DNA of 64,000 nucleotides, taken from positions 3,695-67,694 of the forward strand of contig DATLBX010000053.1 of assembly GCA_035526705.1 (NCBI GenBank), read 5' to 3'. The notes below the pieces were generated by a model. That model saw nothing but the letters and a program-made list of their open reading frames with translations. It did no database searches and had not been told where the DNA came from. How positions within the stretch are numbered: the first letter of the stretch is position 1; every line of letters begins with the position of its first letter. This document shows, one piece after another, positions 17,996-25,761 of this stretch. The translations under genes were made by a program, and so were the position numbers. The DNA is from Acidimicrobiales bacterium (GTDB lineage: Bacteria > Actinomycetota > Acidimicrobiia > Acidimicrobiales > JAHWKP01).

Positions 17996-18802
17996 GTGAC
18001 CGTCCCTCTGTTTCCCCCGGGGGAGAGCCCCGGAGCTGATTTCGTAGGCCTACTGCGGAAGCTCGGCCACGACCCGATGCCCCAGTTCGCGGACCACGCC
18101 GCGACCTCACGCGACACGCAGCACGGCACGACGGTCGTCGCCCTCCGTTACGCCGAAGGAGTGGTTATGGCGGGCGATCGCCGCGCCACGCAGCAGAACA
18201 CCATCGCCAATCGCAAGATGGACAAGGTGTTCCAGGTCGACAAGTACTCCGCGGTCTCGATCGCCGGGGCGGCTGGTCCCGCGCAGGAGATGGTGCGGCT
18301 CTTCCAGACAAACGTCGACTTCTACGAGAAGACTCAGGGTCGCGCCTTGTCTCTCGAGGGCAAGGCGAACCAGCTCGCGCAGATGGTGCGGGGCAACATG
18401 GGCGCGGGCATGCAGTTCGGGCTATGGGTGGTCCCCATCTTCGCCGGCTTCGACCCCCGTCGCGGCGTCGGCCGGATTTTCACCTACGACATGACGGGTA
18501 GTCGAACGGAGGAAACAGACTTCGACACGTCGGGCTCAGGCGGCCGCGACGCCCGCACGACGATCAAGCTCGGTTGGCGCGAGGGAATGGATCGCGACGA
18601 TGCGGTCGAGCTCGCCATTCAGAGCCTGTACGAGGCCGCCGACGAGGACACCGCCACCGGCGGACCCGACGTGGTGCGCGGCATCTATCCGATGGTCGCA
18701 CTGGTGACCGCAGCGGGCTATCAGCTGGTTGACGAAGCCGAGGTCGCCGCCCGGTTCCGAGCCATCATCGAGCGCAAGTCTGCCGAGGGCCACCGCCCAT
18801 GA
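17996..18802 (+). CDS. prcB: 20S proteasome beta subunit
   Basis: Propeptide followed by HG/TTVVAL (catalytic Thr). GTG start 6 nt after the pup stop. Confidence 0.95.
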   Translation: MTVPLFPPGESPGADFVGLLRKLGHDPMPQFADHAATSRDTQHGTTVVALRYAEGVVMAGDRRATQQNTIANRKMDKVFQVDKYSAVSIAGAAGPAQEMVRLFQTNVDFYEKTQGRALSLEGKANQLAQMVRGNMGAGMQFGLWVVPIFAGFDPRRGVGRIFTYDMTGSRTEETDFDTSGSGGRDARTTIKLGWREGMDRDDAVELAIQSLYEAADEDTATGGPDVVRGIYPMVALVTAAGYQLVDEAEVAARFRAIIERKSAEGHRP

Positions 18803-19569
18803 GCATGCCGTTCTACGTTGCTCCGGAGCAGCTCATGCGGGACAAGGCGGACTACGCGCGCAAGAACATCGCCCGCGGGCGACCGCTCGTGGCCACCCTC
18901 TACGACGACGGCATTCTCATCGCCGCGGAGAACACGTCGCGCACCCTAAAGAAGATCTCGGAGATCTACGACCGGATCGCCTTCGCTGGCGTGGGCAAGG
19001 CGTCGGAGTTCGACGCGCTGCGTCAGAACGGCATCCAGACCGCCGAGGTCACTGGCTACAACTACAGCCGCGAAGACGTCGAGGCCCGCACGCTGGCGAA
19101 CAACTATGCGCAGATCATCGGTCGGGTTTTCACGCACGAGATGAAGCCCTTCGAGGTGGAGATCCTCGTGGCCGAGTTGGGTCATACCGCGGAGGAGGAC
19201 CGGCTCTTCCACATCTTCTACGACGGCGACTGGTCCGACGACGAAGACCTGGCGGTGCTCGGAGGCGATCCCGAGCCGATCGCCGAACGGCTTCGCGCCT
19301 CGTTCAAGAAGGGCTGGAAGCTGGAGGAGGCAGTCAAGGCCTCGGTGGCTGCACTGGCGGGGCCCGACCGCACATTGACGCCCGACGTGCTCGAAGCGGC
19401 GGTGCTCGGCCGCTCGGTGGGCCGCCGCGCCTTCAGGCGGTTGGAGGAAGCCGAACTGGCGAAGATCCTGGGGACCGCCGCGGCGACCCCGGCAAAGAGG
19501 GCTGCCAAGGCCTCCCGCTCCTCCGAAAAAGCCGCCGAGGCCGAATCGGATACCGAAGATCCCGCCTGA
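18799..19569 (+). CDS. prcA: 20S proteasome alpha subunit
   Basis: MSMPFYVAPEQLMRDKADYARK start. ATGA overlap with prcB. Ala/Lys/Glu-rich C-terminal tail. Confidence 0.95.
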   Translation: MSMPFYVAPEQLMRDKADYARKNIARGRPLVATLYDDGILIAAENTSRTLKKISEIYDRIAFAGVGKASEFDALRQNGIQTAEVTGYNYSREDVEARTLANNYAQIIGRVFTHEMKPFEVEILVAELGHTAEEDRLFHIFYDGDWSDDEDLAVLGGDPEPIAERLRASFKKGWKLEEAVKASVAALAGPDRTLTPDVLEAAVLGRSVGRRAFRRLEEAELAKILGTAAATPAKRAAKASRSSEKAAEAESDTEDPA

Positions 19570-19585
19570 GGTTTTGAGCCTTCCC

Positions 19586-19683
19586 GTCACCCACACCCCA
19601 GCCCACGCATCGGGAACGGCCAGGCGTGGGGATGGGGTCCCCACGCTCTGGAGGAGAGCGGGGCTCCGGGGCCCCCGCTCGGG
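19586..19683. repeat. Dispersed GC-rich repeat, composite copy D, prcA-pafA intergenic
   Basis: Degenerate module 1 (GTCACCCACACCCCAGCCCACGC), a spacer, then an inverted full copy (GGCGTGGGGATGGGGTCCCCACGCTCTGGAGGAGAGCGGGGCTCCGGGGCCCCCGCTCGGG). Hairpins CCCACGC/GCGTGGG and GAGCGGGG/CCCCGCTC. Confidence 0.75.
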
Positions 19684-19692
19684 CTAAGCGAT

Positions 19693-21051
19693 ATGGAGCG
19701 GCGGATCTTCGGGATCGAGAATGAGTACGGAGTCACGTGCACCCTGCGGGGACAGCGGCGGCTCAGCCCGGATGAGGTAGCCCGCTATCTGTTTCGCCGT
19801 GTTGTCAGTTGGGGTCGTTCTTCCAACGTCTTCATTGAGAACGGGGCGCGCCTTTACCTCGATGTGGGCAGCCACCCTGAGTACGCCACTCCGGAATGCG
19901 ACTCGATCTCGGAGCTCGTCGCCCACGACAAGGCGGGGGAGCGGTACCTCGAGGACCTCCAGGTGCTCGCGGAGCAGCGGCTGCGGGAAGAAGGCATCCG
20001 CGGCGTGGTGTATTTGTTCAAGAACAACACCGACTCCACCGGCAACTCATACGGGTGCCACGAGAACTACCTCACCAGCCGGCGCGACGACTTCGGCCGG
20101 TACGCCGAGGTCCTGCTGCCGTTCTTCGTGTCCCGGCAGATCTACGCCGGCGCGGGAAAGGTGCTGTCGACGGCGCGGGGCGCGCACTATTCGATCAGCC
20201 AGCGCGCCGAGCACATCTGGGAAGGCGTGTCCTCGGCGACGACACGAAGCCGTCCCATCATCAACACCCGCGACGAACCGCACGCAGATGCAGAGCGCTA
20301 CCGACGACTGCACGTCATCGTGGGGGACTCGAACATGAGCGAGTACTCGACTTACCTCAAGGTCGGCTCGACGGCGATCATGCTGCGCATGCTGGAGGAC
20401 CCGTCGGTGGTCGTACGGGACATGACGCTCGAGAATCCGATCAGGGCCATCCGCGAGATTTCCCACGACCTCACCTGCCGCAAGCGCGTCCGACTCGCCA
20501 ATGGAGCGGAGCGCAGCGCGCTCGAAATCCAGGGTGAGTACCTGATGCGGGCGCGTCGCTACGCGGACCGCAAGGGCCTGCCGCCGCAAGAGGAAAAGGC
20601 GCTCGAGATGTGGGAGCACTGCCTCACCGGCCTGGAGAAGGACCCGTGGTCGCTGGACCGCGAGTGCGACTGGGTCATCAAGCACAAGCTCATCGAGGCC
20701 TACCGAGCGCGCCACGGCATCTCGCTGGCCCACCCCAAGGTGGCGCTGATGGATCTGCAGTACCACGACATCTGCCGTGAGCGCGGTCTCTTCTACCGGA
20801 TGCAGGCCAAAGGTCTGGTGGAGCGCACCACCACAGACGAGATCATCGACACCGCCAAAACGGTTCCGCCGCAGACCACGCGGGCCAAGCTCCGCGGCGA
20901 CTTCCTCAAGCGGGCGAAGGAGCGCAAGCGCGACCACACGGTCGACTGGGTGCATCTGAAGCTCAACGACCAGGCGCAGCGCACGATCCTGCTCAAGGAT
21001 CCCTTCAAGTCCAAGGACGAGCGGGTCCAGAAGCTCATCGACTCGCTGTAG
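19693..21051 (+). CDS. pafA: Pup-protein ligase PafA
   Basis: [44 protein letters not shown]. 452 aa. Confidence 0.95.
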   Translation: MERRIFGIENEYGVTCTLRGQRRLSPDEVARYLFRRVVSWGRSSNVFIENGARLYLDVGSHPEYATPECDSISELVAHDKAGERYLEDLQVLAEQRLREEGIRGVVYLFKNNTDSTGNSYGCHENYLTSRRDDFGRYAEVLLPFFVSRQIYAGAGKVLSTARGAHYSISQRAEHIWEGVSSATTRSRPIINTRDEPHADAERYRRLHVIVGDSNMSEYSTYLKVGSTAIMLRMLEDPSVVVRDMTLENPIRAIREISHDLTCRKRVRLANGAERSALEIQGEYLMRARRYADRKGLPPQEEKALEMWEHCLTGLEKDPWSLDRECDWVIKHKLIEAYRARHGISLAHPKVALMDLQYHDICRERGLFYRMQAKGLVERTTTDEIIDTAKTVPPQTTRAKLRGDFLKRAKERKRDHTVDWVHLKLNDQAQRTILLKDPFKSKDERVQKLIDSL

Positions 21052-21054
21052 TCC

Positions 21055-22053
21055 GTGTCGAGGTTCCTGACCGCCACCGTCGAGGAGATCACCGACTCAC
21101 GCGACGGAATCCAGCGGGTTCTAGCGGGCGGCCGGAAGGCGTACGTCCTCACGCAACTGATCGGCTCGGTCGGGGTCGGCGACGAGGTGGTCCTCAACGT
21201 GACCGCCACCGACCTCCAGCTCGGAACCGGCGGGTGGGACGTCGTCCACTGGAATCTCTCGCGCCGCGACTGGCATGAGCCTGGTGGGGGCCACGTCATG
21301 AAGTTGCGGTATACGAGCCTGCAGGCCGATGTCGGAGTGACCGAGGAGGCGGCCGAGCTCGACACTCCGCTCGTTGGTCTCCCTGTGGTCGCTTGCTTCC
21401 TCCACTCGCAGATCGCCGCGGTGGCCCTCGCCTTTGCGGAGGAGGCCCCGGGACGACGACTGGGTTATGTCATGACGGACTCTGCAGCCCTCCCGTTGGC
21501 GCTCTCCGACCTCGTGGCCGACCTGCGCGACAGCGAATTGCTGCACACCACGGTCACTGTGGGCCACGCCTTCGGGGGCGATTTGGAGGCCGTCAACTTG
21601 ATCAGCGGCCTTGCGGTGGCGCGTTCTGCGGGCTGTGTCGCGGTCATCGTCGGGCCCGGTCCTGGAGTGGTCGGTACCGCCACCCCGACCGGCTTCTCGG
21701 GGATAGAGGTGGCTTCCATCATCGACTCCGTGGCGGCGGTGAAGGCCCGTCCCGTTGTGGCCGTGCGCTGGTCCGGCGCCGATCCCCGGTCACGACACCA
21801 GGGGGTCTCGCACCACGTGTCGACCGTCCTGCAGCTCGCACACGCCGGCGCCTGGGTGGCTTGCCCTGTCGAATACGAGCTCGGCGAACTTCCCGTCCAT
21901 CACCAGCGCGCCGTGGTTGCGATTCCCGACATCTCCGAGGGGCTGACCCGCCTGGGCGTCACCACGATGGGCCGGAGTCCAGAGGAAGACCGCGGCTTCT
22001 TCGAAATGTCGTCGGCCGCCGGAGTGGTGGCCGCCCGGATGCTCGACTCCTAG
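21055..22053 (+). CDS. Conserved hypothetical protein, DUF3866-like
   Basis: GTG 1 nt after the pafA stop codon. Pattern VGDEVVLNVTATDLQLGTGGWDVVHWNL and HQGVSHHV resembles DUF3866 as I recall it. Not verified by search. Confidence 0.5.
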   Translation: MSRFLTATVEEITDSRDGIQRVLAGGRKAYVLTQLIGSVGVGDEVVLNVTATDLQLGTGGWDVVHWNLSRRDWHEPGGGHVMKLRYTSLQADVGVTEEAAELDTPLVGLPVVACFLHSQIAAVALAFAEEAPGRRLGYVMTDSAALPLALSDLVADLRDSELLHTTVTVGHAFGGDLEAVNLISGLAVARSAGCVAVIVGPGPGVVGTATPTGFSGIEVASIIDSVAAVKARPVVAVRWSGADPRSRHQGVSHHVSTVLQLAHAGAWVACPVEYELGELPVHHQRAVVAIPDISEGLTRLGVTTMGRSPEEDRGFFEMSSAAGVVAARMLDS

Positions 22054-22062
22054 TCTCCGCAC

Positions 22063-22989
22063 ATGGATCGGCTGGAGCGACTGCTCAATCTGCTCGCCGC
22101 TCTGATCGACACCGAGCGTCCCCTGGGGCGCGAGGAAATTCACCAACGCGTCCCGGGCTACCCCGAGCGCGACGACAGCTTCCGGCGCCAGTTCGAGCGC
22201 GACAAGGAAACGCTTCGGCAGATGGGGGTGCCAATCGCGGTCGAGCCATTGATTGCGCACTCACCCGAGCAGGGCACCGGCTATCGGGTTCACCAGCGGG
22301 ACTACGCGCTGGCCGATCCAGGGCTCACGCCGGAGGAACTCACCGCTCTGCACCTCGCCGCGTCATCCGTCCGCTTCCTGGGCGATGACGCCAAGGGAGC
22401 GATCAGCAAGCTGGGTGGAGTTCCCGTCGGTGAGGTCGACGGCGCCAACCCCGCTGGAGTCGAGGTGCCGGGCGTAGAGCACCTCGAGGCATGCTTCGCC
22501 GCGATCGCCGGGAACTTCACGCTGACATTCGGTTACAAGGGCGAGCGGCGGACCGTCGTACCGGCCCGACTGTCCTTCCGCTCAGGACGGTGGTATCTCT
22601 CGACATGGGACGTCAACCGGGACGCCGAACGGCTCTTCCGCCTGGACCGAATGGACGACCCCGAAGTCGGCGACGCCGCGCCCGATGCACCACGCGCGCG
22701 GGTCGCGGGGCGGGAGCCACTGGCCGCCTGGGAGCTGGGCGACGACGAACCCGTCCCTGCGAGATTGAGGGTCGACCCAGATCAAGCGGACCTTGCGGTC
22801 CGCGCCGTCGGGGGTCGGGGGAAAATCGACAAGGAGCCCGATGGGGGAGTGGTGATCGAGCTCGCTGTGCGGAATCCCGAGGGATTCCGAAACTTCGTCC
22901 TCGGGTTCCTCGACCACGCGGAGGTTCTCGAACCCGAAAGCCTGCGTTCCGACATGGTCCAGTGGCTGGAGAGGATGGCGTCGGCGTGA
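22063..22989 (+). CDS. pafB: HTH-WYL domain transcriptional regulator PafB
   Basis: N-terminal wHTH MDRLERLLNLLAALIDTERPLGREEI and a WYL region (GRWYLSTWD). Position downstream of pafA. Confidence 0.8.
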   Translation: MDRLERLLNLLAALIDTERPLGREEIHQRVPGYPERDDSFRRQFERDKETLRQMGVPIAVEPLIAHSPEQGTGYRVHQRDYALADPGLTPEELTALHLAASSVRFLGDDAKGAISKLGGVPVGEVDGANPAGVEVPGVEHLEACFAAIAGNFTLTFGYKGERRTVVPARLSFRSGRWYLSTWDVNRDAERLFRLDRMDDPEVGDAAPDAPRARVAGREPLAAWELGDDEPVPARLRVDPDQADLAVRAVGGRGKIDKEPDGGVVIELAVRNPEGFRNFVLGFLDHAEVLEPESLRSDMVQWLERMASA

Positions 22990-23927
22990 GCACCGAGGCG
23001 CGGCTTCGCCGGGTACTGGCGATGGTTCCCTGGATCGTCGCCCAGCAGGGACCGACCATCGAAGAAGTGTGCGCGCGCTTCGGCTGTACCGAGGCTGAGT
23101 TGGTCAAGGATCTCGAGGGGGCGCTCTTCTTCTGCGGCGTCCACCCGTTCACGCCGGGCGACATGGTCGAGGTCGACATCAGTGAGGGACGGGTTTGGAT
23201 CCGTTTGGCCGACTATTTCTCCCGCCCCCTGCGCCTGACCCCGGCCGAAGGCCTCGGCTTGCTCGGCGCGGCGCGGGCGGCCAGTTCGCGCGGTACGGAG
23301 TCCGACGATGCTCTGTCGCGCGCCGTCGCCAAGCTTTCGGCGGCCATCGGCGTCGATCCGGACGAAGTGCTCGACGTCGAACTGGGTGATGCGGAACCCG
23401 GTGTGCTGGGGATCCTCGAGGAATCGGCCGCGGCCCACGAAGTCGTCGAGATCGACTACTACTCCTACGGGCGCGACTCGTGGCAGACGCGGCCGATCGA
23501 AGCTCATCACGTCTTCAACTCCAATGGCGCCTGGTACGCCTGGGCCTGGTGCCGCAAGGTCGATGACTGGCGCTTGTTCCGGGCCGACCGGGTGCGCACC
23601 GCGACGCCTCTCGGTGAGCACTTCGAGATGCGCAAGATGCCCTCGCCGCCGAAGCCGTGGTCCGGGCCGGCGGTAGGGGAGGAGGTGGTGCTCGAGTTGG
23701 CCCCCGGGGCCGCGTGGGCGATAGAGGAATACCCCGTGGTCTCCGTCCGCGCCGGAAAACAGGGTTGGCGGAAGGTCACCCTCAGAATCGCCGGACGCCC
23801 CTGGCTCGAGCGATTGCTGCTTCGGCTCGGATCGGACGCGCGAATGGTCAAGGGCGATGCGAATACCGCGGTGGATGCGGCGTCGAGGATCCTCGCGCGG
23901 TACCGCACTCCGGAGGCAGCCCACTAG
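22986..23927 (+). CDS. pafC: HTH-WYL domain transcriptional regulator PafC
   Basis: GTG at 22986 overlaps the pafB stop (GTGA). RLRRVLAMVPWIVAQQGPTIEEVCARFG wHTH and a WYL region (GAWYAWAWC). Confidence 0.8.
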   Translation: MSTEARLRRVLAMVPWIVAQQGPTIEEVCARFGCTEAELVKDLEGALFFCGVHPFTPGDMVEVDISEGRVWIRLADYFSRPLRLTPAEGLGLLGAARAASSRGTESDDALSRAVAKLSAAIGVDPDEVLDVELGDAEPGVLGILEESAAAHEVVEIDYYSYGRDSWQTRPIEAHHVFNSNGAWYAWAWCRKVDDWRLFRADRVRTATPLGEHFEMRKMPSPPKPWSGPAVGEEVVLELAPGAAWAIEEYPVVSVRAGKQGWRKVTLRIAGRPWLERLLLRLGSDARMVKGDANTAVDAASRILARYRTPEAAH

Positions 23928-23939
23928 CCTCGATCAGAG

Positions 23940-24557
23940 ATGAGTGACGCAGCGCGGGACGACTTGCTCGCCGTTGCAACGGCCGGCCCGCAGCGCGAGG
24001 CAGCGAGCAGCGCAGCCACAAAGTCCACCAGTCGGGCGCGGAGCGCCATCGAGTGGGTGCTCGTCATTGTCGGAGCGCTGGCAGCGGCGCTTCTCATAAA
24101 AACGTTCCTCTTCCAGGCCTTCTTCATACCGTCCGCGTCGATGCAACCGACACTCCAGATCGGCGATCGAGTTCTGGTGAACAAGCTCAGCTACAAGTTC
24201 GGCGACATCGATCGCGGGGATTTGGTCGTCTTCAAGCGGCCCGACCTCCCTGCGGACTCCGCGGCAGTCGTGCGCGACCTGATCAAAAGGGTGATCGCGC
24301 TCCCCGGCGAGACCGTGGAGGCCCGCGACGGCGCGATCTACATAAACGGGAAGAAGCTGAACGAGCCCTACCTCCCGAGCGGAACCATCTCCGAGAACCT
24401 GCCGAGCCAAGTGGTGCCCGCAGGGCGGATCTGGGTGATGGGCGACAACCGCACGAACTCACGCGATAGCCGGGTACTCGGTCCGATTGACATCGACACC
24501 ATCCACGGCCGGGCCTTTGTCCGCATCTGGCCCCTCGGGGAGTTCAAGCTCTTCTAG
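23940..24557 (+). CDS. lepB: Signal peptidase I
   Basis: IPSASMQPTL (catalytic Ser box), KRVIALPGE (Lys box), GDNRTNSRDSR. Confidence 0.85.
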   Translation: MSDAARDDLLAVATAGPQREAASSAATKSTSRARSAIEWVLVIVGALAAALLIKTFLFQAFFIPSASMQPTLQIGDRVLVNKLSYKFGDIDRGDLVVFKRPDLPADSAAVVRDLIKRVIALPGETVEARDGAIYINGKKLNEPYLPSGTISENLPSQVVPAGRIWVMGDNRTNSRDSRVLGPIDIDTIHGRAFVRIWPLGEFKLF

Positions 24558-25261
24558 CCGGGGCGGTCGGTCCCGTTCAGAACGGCCAGCATGAGGGGAA
24601 CGTGATCGGAGAAGACTCCGTCGACACCCATCCCCAGGGCGGTTTCGAGCACCCGCTGGTGCTGGCAATCCCAGGCAAAGCACAGAACCTCGAAACGGTG
24701 AAAGAGCGTCACCAGTCCGACGGACCAGTCCGTGTGGTGAAGGTTCACGGCGTCGATCCCCTTTTCCGCGAGGGTGGCCGCTCGACGTTCGGTCCCCTCT
24801 TTCATGGCGTGACGACGGGTCGAGTCGACCACGCGGACCGCCGGCTCGGCGGCTTTCCATGCATATGCCGCTTCTCGGTCCTCGTTGGCGCAGAGCCACA
24901 ACCGGTCCAGCCGGTGGCCGGCGGTTCGCGCCGCCTCGATCACCGGCGCAGCCACCTCGGGAGCGCGTAGGTCGAGCGACAGGTCGAAGTCGGTCCCCAC
25001 CTCCTCGTAGAGCTCCTTCAGGGTCGGGATGTGGCCGGGCAGCGACGCACGCTCGACGTCCCGGATCCGCCGCCGGCGGAGACCGGGGAGCACGCCGTCG
25101 TGATCCAGCACGGCCACCCCGTCAGCCGTGACCCAGGCATCGCTTTCGAGCGCTGTGGCGCCGCTCGCCAGAGCGCGTCGGAAGGCCTCCAAGGTGTTCT
25201 CAGGGGCGTCCCCCCGACCGCCTCGGTGGGCGAAACCCAGGGGGGGCCTGATCGGGCGCAT
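24554..25261 (-). CDS. Glycerophosphodiester phosphodiesterase family protein
   Basis: Internal ATG at 25261. FAHRGGRGDAPENTLEAF and LESDAWVTADGVAVLDHD are GDPD motifs. Confidence 0.75.
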   Translation of the reverse strand: MRPIRPPLGFAHRGGRGDAPENTLEAFRRALASGATALESDAWVTADGVAVLDHDGVLPGLRRRRIRDVERASLPGHIPTLKELYEEVGTDFDLSLDLRAPEVAAPVIEAARTAGHRLDRLWLCANEDREAAYAWKAAEPAVRVVDSTRRHAMKEGTERRAATLAEKGIDAVNLHHTDWSVGLVTLFHRFEVLCFAWDCQHQRVLETALGMGVDGVFSDHVPLMLAVLNGTDRPG

Positions 25262-25363
25262 TCTGAGAATTGTTGCCGAGACTTTCGTCACGAACGGCCA
25301 CCTGGCCCGTCTTGACCGGTACAACTGCCCTAAAGGGCCACGGAAGAAGGACCTAGGCGGACG

Positions 25364-25738
25364 ATGGCCGAAAGAGGAGACATGTCGCAACCTGAAGGTG
25401 TGAGCATTCGAGCAACTTGCCCCTCGTGTGGGGACGTGGACCTGGTGATCAACCAGATTCGTGCCCAGCTGTGTGTAACCGATAACCGGGGGAGCTACTC
25501 CTTCAGTTGCCCGTCATGCACATCGGACGTATCCAAGCCTGCGGAGCCCGGCGTGGTGGACCTCCTCGTATCGGCCGGCGTCGAGCTGACCGTTTGGGAG
25601 CGTCCTTCCGACGCCGACGAAATGCGCGACGATCCGGCCTTCACCTGGGATGACGTACTCGCCTTCCACGACGCGCTGGAGCAGCCCGACTGGTTCGACA
25701 AGCTCATGAACGCGGAGGCCACCTCCCCGCCGAGGTGA
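25364..25738 (+). CDS. Hypothetical zinc-ribbon protein (124 aa)
   Basis: CPSCG...CPSC pair. No family assigned. Start could be the ATG at 25382. Confidence 0.5.
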   Translation: MAERGDMSQPEGVSIRATCPSCGDVDLVINQIRAQLCVTDNRGSYSFSCPSCTSDVSKPAEPGVVDLLVSAGVELTVWERPSDADEMRDDPAFTWDDVLAFHDALEQPDWFDKLMNAEATSPPR

Positions 25739-25761
25739 CTCGCCGTCGCTAGGTTGGCCTG

